Source of the DNA: a virus
Length of the DNA: 64,000 nt
Reading direction: 5' to 3' (one strand)
IMG/VR virus record: IMGVR_UViG_3300031576_000024
Coordinates: 18,992-82,991 of that record
The position numbers and the translations under genes are program-made. This document shows positions 48,142 to 58,353 of the stretch, piece after piece. Under the pieces are notes generated by a model, which did no database searches, was not told where the DNA came from, and saw only the letters and a program-made list of their open reading frames with translations. Position 1 is the first letter of the stretch. The number at the start of each line of letters is the position of its first letter.

Positions 48142-50357
48142 TATTTACCTGCCGGTGATGGACGTGCTTGTTTAGTTTTAATTTCCATTTGTAGCATCTT
48201 TTCTTGCATCGCAAGAGCTTGACTTTCGCGTGCCTTTATTTGGTCAGCATATAACTTGATGAGTTGAAGTAACAACAGTTGTTGTTTCTGATCTAAATCC
48301 CAAAATGATTCAGATTGTTTCTCTTGCACTAGCATGGTATGAAAAATATAAGGATCGTCTTCGATGAAAGGTATAATCAGCTCAAACTTACTTTGCTTCA
48401 ATAGACTTACCATCTTCTTAACACGATCAATTTGCGGCCCCTGAGGAGTCAGCGCCTTAGCAAACCCTAGCTCTTCTACGATGGCTTGTCTTAGACCAAC
48501 ATCGGGAATTTGCATTAAAGCAGGAGCGTACTGTAGGAATTCAAGTACCTTGGCTTCTCTAGCTTCCTTGCTTACAAGGGCTAGAGAAACCGTATCAACA
48601 CGTACTTGTACGTTATCGCTAAGGTCTGTACCACTAAAGGTCTGAACCGTCATTCGACTTGTCTTCTCACGCGCGAGCACGCTCAGGCGCTCGGCATAGC
48701 GAGCATCGTTACGAACGTGTTTGATAGTTTCCATTAGAAGCGCTGAACCTTCATCTTGCAGTGATTCATCCCATGCTTGTAGAATAGGAGAACGACTCAT
48801 AAGGGCTTGCTTACGAAGTACGTCCAACATCATTGCGCTGTTGACGCCGACCGGCCGTTCACCATGAAGGATAGATTCTGTGCCTGCCATGCTCTCCATT
48901 TCAGCAATTTGCAGGGCACGTTCATCCATCGCTGCCGATGGGAACGGCGGAGGGTAAACCGGCTCGGGCTTAGCGTTGGCAGTACGGCGAGGATCGTATT
49001 GCCAAACGCCACCAGGTCTACCCGTCCACTGATCTTCAACGGGCGCTGTACCCTTCGGAACAATCCATGTTGCGATAGGTACTGTGCGCCGCCACATAAT
49101 CAGGGCGGTGTCAATAGCGTTAACTCTCTTTAGCTTCGGAAGAAGCTTAGATACTAGGGATCTACCAAAGATTGATCCAGGCTGACCTTCCCAGCGGAAT
49201 CTTGTATAGGGATGCCAGCGCTTAGGCCATCTGGGGTCAAATGCTCTAGCTCCGATTTCCTTAGGGCTGTCATAGATAACAGAGTCCCCAACAGAAATGA
49301 TAGTACGACCCTTAGGCCACTTTGCATTAGGCTTACGATCAAATACACGAACGATGGCGTAGCCATCCCATTGATCGGGAGAGCCTATGTAAATGTTCGG
49401 ACCAGGGCCTTCAACTAGCTCTGAGATACGTTCCCACCACCATAAAGGTAGGGAGTATGGATTCTCAGACTTAATGTCTTCAAGGTTATCTAAGTGCCAT
49501 CCTTTTGTCTTTGTCATCCCTGCCTTGTTACGCGGAGGTGTTAGGTACTTGTCCTTGATTGTGTCAATGTGAGCATATGTCTCACGCATAACCCAGCCCA
49601 TGCCAAATTCCTGATCGTGCCACCAGTGAGTGCTAGGCATGTGCATTTCAAACGGAGATATAATATTAGCTACTACATCACCGTAGTCAATACGGTCCTT
49701 AAGCTTCGGCCTACCTTGCTCATCAGTTATTGTAATTTGACGTTCGATGCGCTTAGGCTTAACGAACCCGCCTTGTATTTCACCTGCTATAGCACCTTCA
49801 GTCTTAGTTTCAGGCACTAACAGGTAACGAGGTTTGGTAGGATCATAAGCTACTTCCATCCAGCATGTGCCGCAGTACAGAAGAAGTCTTGCAATTTCCC
49901 GATGCTTCTCAGGCATCTCCAACATTTCCCACAGGAATTCTAGAGTCAACTCTGAGAGGTTGGCAGCCTGTATGTCTTCGTCCCTATCACTCTTAGGCGT
50001 CACACGCGGGCGTGGGCGGTTCTCAGTAAGTAGGGCTATGTTCGTTTCGATGTACCTGCCCAGCAAATCGTTCGTCGGCTTAGGAATGTTCCTAGCCGTG
50101 TCCTGTACTACAGATAGATCACCTGAGTTACTTTGAGCAATCCTGGAAATAAGTAGATCGTCGTGGTATTGCCTGCCTTGACCGAAAAAAATGTTCTCTA
50201 TGTATTTTACTGACCGCATCCAATGGAGACTTTGCCGTTGCCGGCTAATGCTGTCACTGTAAGTCTTTAGCGCTGACCCGAGTTCGGTAGCGCCATTAGG
50301 AACATCGTCGATCGCGTGCATCTGGCCCCTGAGCCAACTATTACGGTAATCAACCAT
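48141..50357 (-). CDS. Portal protein
   Basis: 738 aa; NDLLGRYIET..LLTENRPRPRVTPKS..D.QAA, SPFE, GRSLVSKL, KRVNAI, G.VWQY, Q-rich C-terminal helix as in P22-like portals; upstream of scaffold and capsid. Confidence 0.85.
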   Translation of the reverse strand: MVDYRNSWLRGQMHAIDDVPNGATELGSALKTYSDSISRQRQSLHWMRSVKYIENIFFGQGRQYHDDLLISRIAQSNSGDLSVVQDTARNIPKPTNDLLGRYIETNIALLTENRPRPRVTPKSDRDEDIQAANLSELTLEFLWEMLEMPEKHREIARLLLYCGTCWMEVAYDPTKPRYLLVPETKTEGAIAGEIQGGFVKPKRIERQITITDEQGRPKLKDRIDYGDVVANIISPFEMHMPSTHWWHDQEFGMGWVMRETYAHIDTIKDKYLTPPRNKAGMTKTKGWHLDNLEDIKSENPYSLPLWWWERISELVEGPGPNIYIGSPDQWDGYAIVRVFDRKPNAKWPKGRTIISVGDSVIYDSPKEIGARAFDPRWPKRWHPYTRFRWEGQPGSIFGRSLVSKLLPKLKRVNAIDTALIMWRRTVPIATWIVPKGTAPVEDQWTGRPGGVWQYDPRRTANAKPEPVYPPPFPSAAMDERALQIAEMESMAGTESILHGERPVGVNSAMMLDVLRKQALMSRSPILQAWDESLQDEGSALLMETIKHVRNDARYAERLSVLAREKTSRMTVQTFSGTDLSDNVQVRVDTVSLALVSKEAREAKVLEFLQYAPALMQIPDVGLRQAIVEELGFAKALTPQGPQIDRVKKMVSLLKQSKFELIIPFIEDDPYIFHTMLVQEKQSESFWDLDQKQQLLLLQLIKLYADQIKARESQALAMQEKMLQMEIKTKQARPSPAGK

Positions 50358-50776
50358 TAAATATCTCTAGTTAGAATCGCAAACTTTTCAGCCGCTTCTT
50401 TGGTCTTGAAGCTTCTCAAAACTTGCCACTTATCATATCGCTTCTCATAGTATACATGATCTACGTCACTTTGAACTTTAGAACTATTGCGTCTATTTTT
50501 ACTGTTCTTTGATTGAGTAGACCATTGACAATTAGAAAGTTCATAATCTTTGTCATTGTCTATTCTATCTAGACATAATCCTTCTTTATATGTACTATAC
50601 ATATCTTCCATGAAATTCTTAAACGTCAACCAGTGGTCACATACCTTAATACCGCGCGCTCCATAGTCTTTATAAAACATGTGCTTAGAGTTTGTACATC
50701 GCTGTATCATATTACTCCATACAGCATAAAACTTTGTCTTATACATACCATGCTTATACATTCCAATTTTTCGCAT
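50357..50776 (-). CDS. HNH-family homing endonuclease-like protein (paralog 5)
   Basis: YGARGIKVCDHW...LCLDRIDNDKDYELSNCQW. Confidence 0.85.
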   Translation of the reverse strand: MRKIGMYKHGMYKTKFYAVWSNMIQRCTNSKHMFYKDYGARGIKVCDHWLTFKNFMEDMYSTYKEGLCLDRIDNDKDYELSNCQWSTQSKNSKNRRNSSKVQSDVDHVYYEKRYDKWQVLRSFKTKEAAEKFAILTRDI

Positions 50777-50778
50777 AA

Positions 50779-51138
50779 TTAACTCTCCCCATTGTCATGC
50801 GTTGATTTACTAGACATGAATTCATCAGCAGTAACGCCAGTGAGCATTCCAATCATATCGTCTGCGTCCACAAAGGTTGGAGCTTCCATCCTGTAAAGCA
50901 GCTCTGCATTTATGTTGGCTTGCTTCTTATGTCGCTTTACTTCTTCAGGGTCAACAGTAGAATCAGATTGATCTGCTCTACGGTCATTGTACGCAATTGG
51001 AGCTGTTGTAGCGGTTAGAGCGTCTTGAAGTCTATCTACTTGTGCAATAAGTCTTTCTATTTCTTTATCTTTACTGTTCAGTATAAGTTCCAAACTTTCT
51101 ATTTTCATTTCTAATTTTAGAAGTTTTATGTTACTCAT
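50779..51138 (-). CDS. Coiled-coil hypothetical protein
   Basis: 119-aa ORF upstream of the portal. Confidence 0.5.
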   Translation of the reverse strand: MSNIKLLKLEMKIESLELILNSKDKEIERLIAQVDRLQDALTATTAPIAYNDRRADQSDSTVDPEEVKRHKKQANINAELLYRMEAPTFVDADDMIGMLTGVTADEFMSSKSTHDNGES

Positions 51139-51562
51139 AATTAGTCTCTATAAATCTAGCTAGTCTTTCAGCTTCCTCTTGTGTTTTAAAGTAAAAAGCT
51201 GCTGTCCATCTTTTATTTCTACTATGATAATGAACATTGTCTATAGAACTTTGTTTAATCGTTCTACACCGCCTATTCTTCATTTGTTCAGAACGTGTAG
51301 CCCATTTACAATTTTCAGGCGAATAATTACCATTATTATCTATACGGTCTAATGTTAAACCAGGCTTCCATCCAGGTAATATATCATTGAAAAAATTAGA
51401 ACTATTCAACCAGCGTTCACAGATTTTAATGCCTCTGCCGCCGTAATAATTATAATAAGTATTTTTAGGATTTAAACATCTGGCTTTGATGTTTAACCAT
51501 GTCTGATAAAGCGGATGTCTGTTATTCTTCCTAGCAAACCCATGTTTAATTTCATTCCTCAT
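51131..51562 (-). CDS. HNH-family homing endonuclease-like protein (paralog 6)
   Basis: Probable start MRNEIKHG; [12 protein letters not shown]...[19 protein letters not shown]. Confidence 0.85.
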   Translation of the reverse strand: MRNEIKHGFARKNNRHPLYQTWLNIKARCLNPKNTYYNYYGGRGIKICERWLNSSNFFNDILPGWKPGLTLDRIDNNGNYSPENCKWATRSEQMKNRRCRTIKQSSIDNVHYHSRNKRWTAAFYFKTQEEAERLARFIETNYE

Positions 51563-51896
51563 CGGTAAAACTGAACCTCCCTTTTTCTTCAAACCCCGTT
51601 ATCACTCCCTCATCAATTCTAACGTTAGGAATGCCCCTTTGAGCCGCTTCTACCATCTTACGCTCATTATCTGTAAGTTGACCATTTTCTGATCTTGATA
51701 CAGCTTGCCCGGCTTCCTTAGCTAATTGCTTGTTAGAATCCCTAAGAGCAGCCGCCAATCCCTTTGTCATGTTCTTTTCCAAGGCATCTGCACGCACTTT
51801 CGCCCGTTCTAACTTTTGAGACTCCCTTTTTATTAGGGCCTCATTAGCTGAATGATAGTCGTCGTTATATTTCTCATTATTCATATACTCTCCCAT
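51552..51896 (-). CDS. Hypothetical protein
   Basis: 114-aa ORF directly downstream of the tandem promoter array. Confidence 0.5.
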   Translation of the reverse strand: MGEYMNNEKYNDDYHSANEALIKRESQKLERAKVRADALEKNMTKGLAAALRDSNKQLAKEAGQAVSRSENGQLTDNERKMVEAAQRGIPNVRIDEGVITGFEEKGRFSFTDEE

Positions 51897-51940
51897 TTAA
51901 TTATACCTTAATTATACTTTAATTATACATTATTTATACT
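51897..51940 (-). repeat. Four tandem 11-bp copies of the promoter core
   Basis: Plus strand TTAATTATACC-TTAATTATACT-TTAATTATACA-TTATTTATACT fills the whole intergenic gap. Confidence 0.9.
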
Positions 51941-52714
51941 TTAAATAGGAGCCCCTAGTACCAGATCATCGGCTGATGTAATACCAGTATTATCGTCCAT
52001 TAAATCTATATTCTCACTTTTAGCTCTACCGTAATCTTTACCCATATTATTTGGGTCAGCTTCATACAGCCACCAGTGTTGTAACTTTTTACCTGACCTA
52101 TATTTGCCTTTGTTTTTAAGTAAATTTAAATTAGCCACGCCATTATTATAAATAACAGGAACTTCATTAACATTTATGGCTTTATTCCATACAGCATATG
52201 AATAGTGACGCCGGCTTGAAGCGCCAATTCCAACTGTAATACTGTCTACAATAAAACTACTTTCATCCGCTAGTGCCTCATCTGCTATTTTTGTAGGTGT
52301 AATTAGAATACCGTCCAGGTAAATAAGAAGTTCCTCAGATGCTCCTCTGTTAACTATTAATATTAAATTACGCCAAGACGTACTAACAGGAAACGAGTTA
52401 ATTCTGTAATTTTTTTCTACTACAGCACCAGTTCTTCTTATAGTAATTCTAAAATCTGTAGCAGAAAGTGGATTTATTCTAACTCTAACTGTGGCGGCGG
52501 CAGCTATATCACTAAGAATTGCGCCCGATTCAGCTTCTTTTGTAAACCAAATACTAATAGTAAAATTATTTCTAAAGTGGCTGCACGATACAGAAGTTGA
52601 ATCTTCTAATTGCTCTCCGGCAATATCAAAAAATACAGACTTATTATTAGAATTAGGAATAATTGGTGCTTTTATTTGGTCATCAGTAATAGCAGTTAAT
52701 TTAATTAATCCCAT
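51941..52714 (-). CDS. LamG/concanavalin A-like lectin-fold virion protein
   Basis: FTISIWF, WRNLILIV, IYLDG, AVWNKAI..IYNNG, LQHWW. Confidence 0.7.
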   Translation of the reverse strand: MGLIKLTAITDDQIKAPIIPNSNNKSVFFDIAGEQLEDSTSVSCSHFRNNFTISIWFTKEAESGAILSDIAAAATVRVRINPLSATDFRITIRRTGAVVEKNYRINSFPVSTSWRNLILIVNRGASEELLIYLDGILITPTKIADEALADESSFIVDSITVGIGASSRRHYSYAVWNKAINVNEVPVIYNNGVANLNLLKNKGKYRSGKKLQHWWLYEADPNNMGKDYGRAKSENIDLMDDNTGITSADDLVLGAPI

Positions 52715-52723
52715 ATCAGTATC

Positions 52724-53329
52724 TTAATAGAACATATTATTTGCTGAAGTTGTGAATATTCTATTTGAACTAGGCGAGTAATGAAAGCTATAGATATCCA
52801 TAGCATTTGCTTCTAAAGTGGGAGGTACTTGATCTCCTCCTGAAAATATGAAATTTCGACCAAATGTAACATTGTAAAATCCAACAGAAGGTTGTTTAAT
52901 TACAAGATTTACTTGCTGAGCACCAGCAGTTTTATAATTCGTAGGCTGATGTAAGGTCGTATTTTTTTGAAGGGATAAGAAAAAGCTGTTACCTAAATTC
53001 CAATCCCAAAATATATTCTTAGAATCCCCACTAAGGACTATCTCTCTTTCTTTGAACCCTTCTCCTAAGTCCCAATTTACAACAGGATCGCCGCTACTAC
53101 TGTCTTTTGTTAAATAGAAATATGTAGTGTTAAAATTAAGTTGATCCGCAGCAGGATAGGAATTCGGCCCCTGAGCAACTTCTATAGTACCACCAGGCGT
53201 TATATCTGACTTATAAGCAGTTTCACCAAATTGTCTAGAATAAAATCCACCTTCAACAGAGAACTTGTCTACTGCTATTCCTCGTAACTTTAAGTTACCA
53301 GCTATGTCTAAATGGCCGATGTGTTTCAT
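52724..53329 (-). CDS. Tail fibre-related protein
   Basis: Shares the EGGFY and FN..YFYLT motifs with the long fibre; C-terminal beta domain. Confidence 0.55.
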   Translation of the reverse strand: MKHIGHLDIAGNLKLRGIAVDKFSVEGGFYSRQFGETAYKSDITPGGTIEVAQGPNSYPAADQLNFNTTYFYLTKDSSSGDPVVNWDLGEGFKEREIVLSGDSKNIFWDWNLGNSFFLSLQKNTTLHQPTNYKTAGAQQVNLVIKQPSVGFYNVTFGRNFIFSGGDQVPPTLEANAMDIYSFHYSPSSNRIFTTSANNMFY

Positions 53330-53330
53330 A

Positions 53331-53687
53331 TTAATTTTTAATAGTATTTATTACCGCCGTTAAATTATTTAAGGCGTCTTGTAAACTAATTAATTCTGCT
53401 GGTGTTATTCTAACAGATTGATCTTCTGAGAACTTATTTAATTCTTCTGCGAAGTTATTTGCTAGAACCATAGCTCGCTTTTTAGTTAAACTACTATCTG
53501 TGTCAACAATAACATTAGTATTTACAACTGTAGTAGTTAATGCTTGAATTTCAACTACTTTTAATACCGTAGCTGGTCTACTTATTTTAGCTAGTAGAGC
53601 ATCAGCTTCAGCCTGCGCTTGCGTATCTGAAATAACAGTAACATTTGTTTCTATTTGTTCTCGTATTCTAACTCTATAAAATGCCAT
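53331..53687 (-). CDS. Hypothetical protein (possible fibre accessory)
   Basis: 118-aa ORF between fibre genes. Confidence 0.45.
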   Translation of the reverse strand: MAFYRVRIREQIETNVTVISDTQAQAEADALLAKISRPATVLKVVEIQALTTTVVNTNVIVDTDSSLTKKRAMVLANNFAEELNKFSEDQSVRITPAELISLQDALNNLTAVINTIKN

Positions 53688-53693
53688 AATTAT

Positions 53694-56600
53694 TTACCAC
53701 AACCTTTCAATATTAATTTGACTAAATCCATTAGCCGCAGATGAAGTCAAAATTGTAGTAGAGTCAGCATTAATTTGTGTACTAAATCCAAATTTAGCAT
53801 CTGTGGGAGCATTAAATCTATGTGAGAATGTAAGCGTATTATTAAAATCAAAATCCACATTACAGAACCAAGTATTTCGTAATGTTTCTGATAAGATACC
53901 ATTTGCTCCAGTGTATAGTCTTATAGTAACCTGTCTTAATCCTGAAACACCGGCATGATCGTCAAAGTTAATAGTTCCGGTCAAAAGATAAGAAAGTAAT
54001 CCGTTTGTAGATCCTGGGAACAACAAACCTGTCCCACCAGTTATATTTGTTTCAGTAGTTGTAATTGAATCATTGCCAGGTAATATAATACTGTTAACAT
54101 TACTTTCAATATTAATTACAGAACCGCCGGTAGCCGTTGAACTTCTTGTTAGATAGAAATGGTCGTGATTTACAGATAGATTTTTGTAGTTAAGATGGGC
54201 ATTAGTGCCGTCACTTATTTGAATATTTCTATCTTCTAATCCGATATTAAAGAATATTCTACCAGTTGTAGCGTTTGATCTAAGAACTATACCTATTGCT
54301 TGTCTTAAATTCGGACCAACAGGCGGTGTAGTAGTCATAGCTCCTGGTGTTGTGGACACATACAATAGTGCCCCATATGCAAATGCTGAAGTATCTAGCC
54401 CTCCTACAATACCTCGCAGTAACATTGTTAGTGTACCAGATACCCCTGTGCCATTTAAAGCCACGCCGATCGCAGGTATGGCAGGTGCCGCACCAGTGCT
54501 AGAGGCGTCTGCCAGCGTGACACGAATGACAGAGGCGGCTGCTGCGCCGGCCGAAGAAAAAGGAGCTAATATTTGTCCTCTTGTTATTGATGCTCCAGAT
54601 AGATTTACACCGGAAGTAACACTATCTCTACTTAGATCATATGGCGGCGGTGTAGTTATAGTACCAGCAAGAGTTAGTCCGCCAGATTGAACCCATAATC
54701 TAGGAAGATTACTAGCAATCTCTCTAGCGGTGAATAAAGCTACAGTATTATTTTGAAGTTCTGGAATTTGAGCAATATTTGACGTTGACTCTGTTGTAAC
54801 AGGAGCATATTGTAAATATGCTCTATTTACCCACTTATTAGCTCGTCCTTCTTCTGTTGAATAGAACTGAAGAAAGTCATATATTTGCGGATTACTAATT
54901 TGTACGTCTTCAAGATTACTTAATTTACTATAAAATAAATCTATTCCGCTACCGATAGCAGCTATCGTAATATCGTTAGCACTAGGGGTTAACGTAATAT
55001 TAGAACCAGCAATTAAACTCTTAAACTGAAGATCAACATTGGACTTTTGAGCAAATACACCAGAACCAGAACCTAAATTAGAAGCGGTGTTAACTTCGCC
55101 TATACTTCTCAAGGATACTGTGGGCTTATTTACTGAATCTGAATGTAAATAAAACGCCTGACTATCAAATATTAAAGTATCATTACGGAAAGTAGGAGGA
55201 TTACCGTCCGATTCTCGGACAAAGATACCATAGAACCCCGGAGGTGTTTCTGTTCTAAGTAAGTATTGAGTATGGTCGTCATCACCAAGTCCTGTAAGAG
55301 CACCGTGGTCTGTAATTACAGGCGTTCTATCTCTTAAACTTACTAAAACTTCATCAGTATTAGGAACATTTTGAGTGATATAAAAGTCATTAACATCAAA
55401 TGCTACTACATTAATTCCGCTTAAACTTTCACTGTCATTTGAATGTTTAACTGTGATACCATAGAAATTCGCCGCATCAGCACTTGTTATATCAGTAGAC
55501 ATGACAACTGCTTTACCACTTACAGCAGAACTAAAGTAGAAAAAAGCAGTATTTGGACCGCTAGTATCAGCTTCGTCAAATCCTATAACTCTATCATCAT
55601 TATTAAATGCTTGAACAATTAAGTTTTTGTTATTTAAATTGTGATTTATAGTCCATTCAACAGCAGCAATTCCTTGAGTATGAACAAATGCTGCTGCATT
55701 TGTTGATGAAATAACAGTAGTAGTAGTCTGTGTTGTACTTTGATTTCGTAAACTTACAGTTGGCTTACCAGTCGAATCTGAATGTAAGTAGAAATCGGCA
55801 CTATCAAATATTAAAGTATCCTTCTTAAAGGTAGGAGGATTACCGTCCGATTCTCGGACAAAGATACCATAGAACCCCGGAGGTGTTTCTGTTCTAAGTA
55901 AGTATTGAGTATGGTCGTCATCACCAAGTCCTGTAAGAGCACCGTGGTCTGTAACTCCGCTCCCGCTACCTACTGAACCTCTAAAGTTAACTACAACTTC
56001 ATCTGTATTAGGTGAATTCTGAGTTACGTAGAAATCATTAGAATTAAAAGCAATTACATTAATGCCACGGAAACTTTGACTGTCATTACTGTGTTTAACT
56101 GTAATACCGTAGAATCCTGGATTCGCGGCAGCAGAAACTATAGAATCAACTATAGTTGAGAGGTTAGCAAACCTATCACCTAAACTTATAAAGACTTTAT
56201 TATCATCTTTATAGTTTACATAGAAATCTTCTGGATCAAGTAATAAATCAGCAAACGGTGTTAGTCTAGGTACATTGGCATTGTCTGTATGTCTGACAAG
56301 AAGATAAAATGGATCTAGCGGTAATAATTCAGCGGCCCCTAGAGCGCCTGTTGATACAATTACTCTACCATTAATACTTGAATCGAAGTAGAAGAATGCC
56401 GTATTAGGATCGCTTACATCTGCTTCACCAGGAATGATAACCCTGTCTTGGTCATCAAATACTTGTACCATAACAGGAGAGATGCCGAAGTTGTGGTTAA
56501 TAATCCACTCGCCGCCTGAAGCAGAGAAGATCCTAGATAAGCCAAATGAATTCTTAGCATTAACAACAGCAGTTCCTCTAAACGGATTCCCCTTTTTAGG

Positions 56601-57122
56601 AGTTAAATAGAAATCACTAGTGTTAAAGAAAAGAGCATCTGTAAAAGGAGGACTAAATGATGTAGCTGCTTCCGCACCAATCTCAGCAATTCTTTGCATC
56701 CTTTGATCGGGAAGGCCGTAGAACCCGCCTTCCGATCCGATACCCAATGCGCCAGCATCAAGACCGATAACCGTAACCATGCCTGTAACTTGGTCAATGC
56801 ACAGGTAATCAACCCATACAGGGACTAACTCTGTGCCTGTGTTACGCTGAATACAGAACTTATCTAAGGTTTTATCGTAGAAGAGCCTAAACTGATTCTT
56901 GAACGTTACCGTATTACTAGTCTGTTCACCGAACTCTAAGCCTGCTAGAACTCTGTCAGCGTTAACAAAATCATCACCTGTCTCAACGTCCTGTACCTGC
57001 GCACGCGCGACCGCTTTTAATACAGCAAAATCTTGACGAAAATTTCCCCACTGGAAATTCAAACGTTTACCGAATAGCGGTAACGGACTGTAGAATTCAG
57101 GGTTAGACTGAATCTCAGGCAT
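53694..57122 (-). CDS. Modular tail fibre protein
   Basis: 1142 aa; repeated GFYG modules, two WxINHN domains, two [16 protein letters not shown] motifs, S/T-rich. Confidence 0.8.
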   Translation of the reverse strand: MPEIQSNPEFYSPLPLFGKRLNFQWGNFRQDFAVLKAVARAQVQDVETGDDFVNADRVLAGLEFGEQTSNTVTFKNQFRLFYDKTLDKFCIQRNTGTELVPVWVDYLCIDQVTGMVTVIGLDAGALGIGSEGGFYGLPDQRMQRIAEIGAEAATSFSPPFTDALFFNTSDFYLTPKKGNPFRGTAVVNAKNSFGLSRIFSASGGEWIINHNFGISPVMVQVFDDQDRVIIPGEADVSDPNTAFFYFDSSINGRVIVSTGALGAAELLPLDPFYLLVRHTDNANVPRLTPFADLLLDPEDFYVNYKDDNKVFISLGDRFANLSTIVDSIVSAAANPGFYGITVKHSNDSQSFRGINVIAFNSNDFYVTQNSPNTDEVVVNFRGSVGSGSGVTDHGALTGLGDDDHTQYLLRTETPPGFYGIFVRESDGNPPTFKKDTLIFDSADFYLHSDSTGKPTVSLRNQSTTQTTTTVISSTNAAAFVHTQGIAAVEWTINHNLNNKNLIVQAFNNDDRVIGFDEADTSGPNTAFFYFSSAVSGKAVVMSTDITSADAANFYGITVKHSNDSESLSGINVVAFDVNDFYITQNVPNTDEVLVSLRDRTPVITDHGALTGLGDDDHTQYLLRTETPPGFYGIFVRESDGNPPTFRNDTLIFDSQAFYLHSDSVNKPTVSLRSIGEVNTASNLGSGSGVFAQKSNVDLQFKSLIAGSNITLTPSANDITIAAIGSGIDLFYSKLSNLEDVQISNPQIYDFLQFYSTEEGRANKWVNRAYLQYAPVTTESTSNIAQIPELQNNTVALFTAREIASNLPRLWVQSGGLTLAGTITTPPPYDLSRDSVTSGVNLSGASITRGQILAPFSSAGAAAASVIRVTLADASSTGAAPAIPAIGVALNGTGVSGTLTMLLRGIVGGLDTSAFAYGALLYVSTTPGAMTTTPPVGPNLRQAIGIVLRSNATTGRIFFNIGLEDRNIQISDGTNAHLNYKNLSVNHDHFYLTRSSTATGGSVINIESNVNSIILPGNDSITTTETNITGGTGLLFPGSTNGLLSYLLTGTINFDDHAGVSGLRQVTIRLYTGANGILSETLRNTWFCNVDFDFNNTLTFSHRFNAPTDAKFGFSTQINADSTTILTSSAANGFSQINIERLW
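55192..55954. repeat. Identical 124-bp direct repeats (55192-55315 and 55831-55954) inside the tail fibre gene
   Basis: Base-by-base identity from GTAGGAGGATTACC to GGTCTGTAA; offset 639 bp (213 codons). Confidence 0.92.
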
Positions 57123-57400
57123 TAAACTTCACCATCCCATACGTCTCTAACGTAGAATACTGATAGAGGTTGGTCGAATGTATACCAGTTAGGCGTGCTC
57201 AATGCACTTTCCTTTGTCCATACTGTTTCATGTTCTTGTATGCGCTCCGGTACAATATCAAAATCTTCGGGGTTTAGAAACAAGTCCTCAGGAGAACCAG
57301 TGTTTAAAAGATGTTCGTCATTGATCGGTAAAGACCATATTGAACTTTTAGCATCAGGTTCCCTGACACTTCTAAGACGTTTCCACTGTGTCGTAGCCAC
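57122..57400 (-). CDS. Hypothetical protein
   Basis: 92-aa ORF coupled to the fibre gene. Confidence 0.5.
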   Translation of the reverse strand: MATTQWKRLRSVREPDAKSSIWSLPINDEHLLNTGSPEDLFLNPEDFDIVPERIQEHETVWTKESALSTPNWYTFDQPLSVFYVRDVWDGEV

Positions 57401-57401
57401 A

Positions 57402-57704
57402 TTAGACGCCTGGACGCCAGCTTATCGTTACAACTACACCAGACGCTAAAGCGGGTACACGGAAACCCTTATCAAATATCGCATGTGGGTTCCATTCAGT
57501 AGAATTGTCTGCGGGGACCGTAACATCACCTACACCTACCGTAATATCGCCTTTAACAGAGCCTTGTGTGAAAGCTATATCCACAGCACCGGCTGTAGAA
57601 TTCGCTACCAGTACGTTATGTACTGCTACTGAATCTCCACCGTTTAACTGCGTAACACCGCTTGTACTATCTAGTCGTGTTACCACGGTTCCATAATGAC
57701 TCAT
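57402..57704 (-). CDS. Small virion beta protein, first gene of the minus-strand arm
   Basis: V/T/G-rich 100-aa ORF with AAGGAG RBS, downstream of a promoter motif. Confidence 0.5.
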   Translation of the reverse strand: MSHYGTVVTRLDSTSGVTQLNGGDSVAVHNVLVANSTAGAVDIAFTQGSVKGDITVGVGDVTVPADNSTEWNPHAIFDKGFRVPALASGVVVTISWRPGV

Positions 57705-57748
57705 TATCTGCTCCTTTAATCGTAGTCCGAACAGACTACTACTCTATG

Positions 57749-57817
57749 TAATTATACCATATTCAAATCACTTCAAGTAAACATATCACATGTCGGCCAA
57801 AGATTAAGGTATAATTA
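57749..57817. promoter_or_regulatory. Divergent pair of phage promoter motifs
   Basis: TATGGTATAATTA on the minus strand (57749-57761) and AAAGATTAAGGTATAATTA on the plus strand (57799-57817). Confidence 0.75.
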
Positions 57818-57855
57818 AGTGATAAAGGGAGAGGATCAAATAATCGAGGTATTAT

Positions 57856-58353
57856 ATGCACTACAAAGATATTTCAGGACAAAGATTTGGCAAATTAATT
57901 GCTGTATCATATGCGTACAATAAACGTTATGCTTACTGGCATTGTATGTGTGACTGTGGAAATACAGCCGTAATAAGAAGTGATACATTAAAGAATGGTA
58001 ATACTGAGTCATGCGGTTGCTTAGCTAAAGAGTGGACACAGACAGGTAAGATGAACCGTAAACATGGTATGCGTAAACATACTATTTACAAAGCCTGGAT
58101 TGCAATGAAACAGCGGTGTAATAATCCAAAGAATAAATCTTATAAAGATTACGGAGGACGCGGTATTAAAGTCTGTGACCGATGGTTAGAATCATTTGAT
58201 AACTTTAGAGATGACATGTTTCCTACGTGGCAAGAAAGTTTAACATTAGACCGAGTTAACAACGATGGCAACTATGAACCCGGTAATGTTAAGTGGTCAA
58301 CATGGAAGGAACAAGGCAATAACAGAAGGTCAAAGACATGCATGACTTCATAA
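57856..58353 (+). CDS. HNH-family homing endonuclease-like protein (paralog 7, different architecture)
   Basis: N-terminal DISGQRFGKL...WHCMCDCG...SCGC module, then [12 protein letters not shown]...[17 protein letters not shown]. Confidence 0.88.
   Translation: MHYKDISGQRFGKLIAVSYAYNKRYAYWHCMCDCGNTAVIRSDTLKNGNTESCGCLAKEWTQTGKMNRKHGMRKHTIYKAWIAMKQRCNNPKNKSYKDYGGRGIKVCDRWLESFDNFRDDMFPTWQESLTLDRVNNDGNYEPGNVKWSTWKEQGNNRRSKTCMTS

Noticed and set aside
55192-55954. Diversity-generating retroelement TR/VR pair
   Set aside because: The two copies are identical with no adenine-specific differences, both lie mid-gene in frame, and there is no reverse transcriptase in the window.
965-57696. Many antisense or nested ORFs in the ORF track (e.g. 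1012-1527, 9096-9560, 24981-25502, 38810-39388)
   Set aside because: They overlap well-supported genes on the other strand or frame and show no motifs; treated as shadow ORFs.
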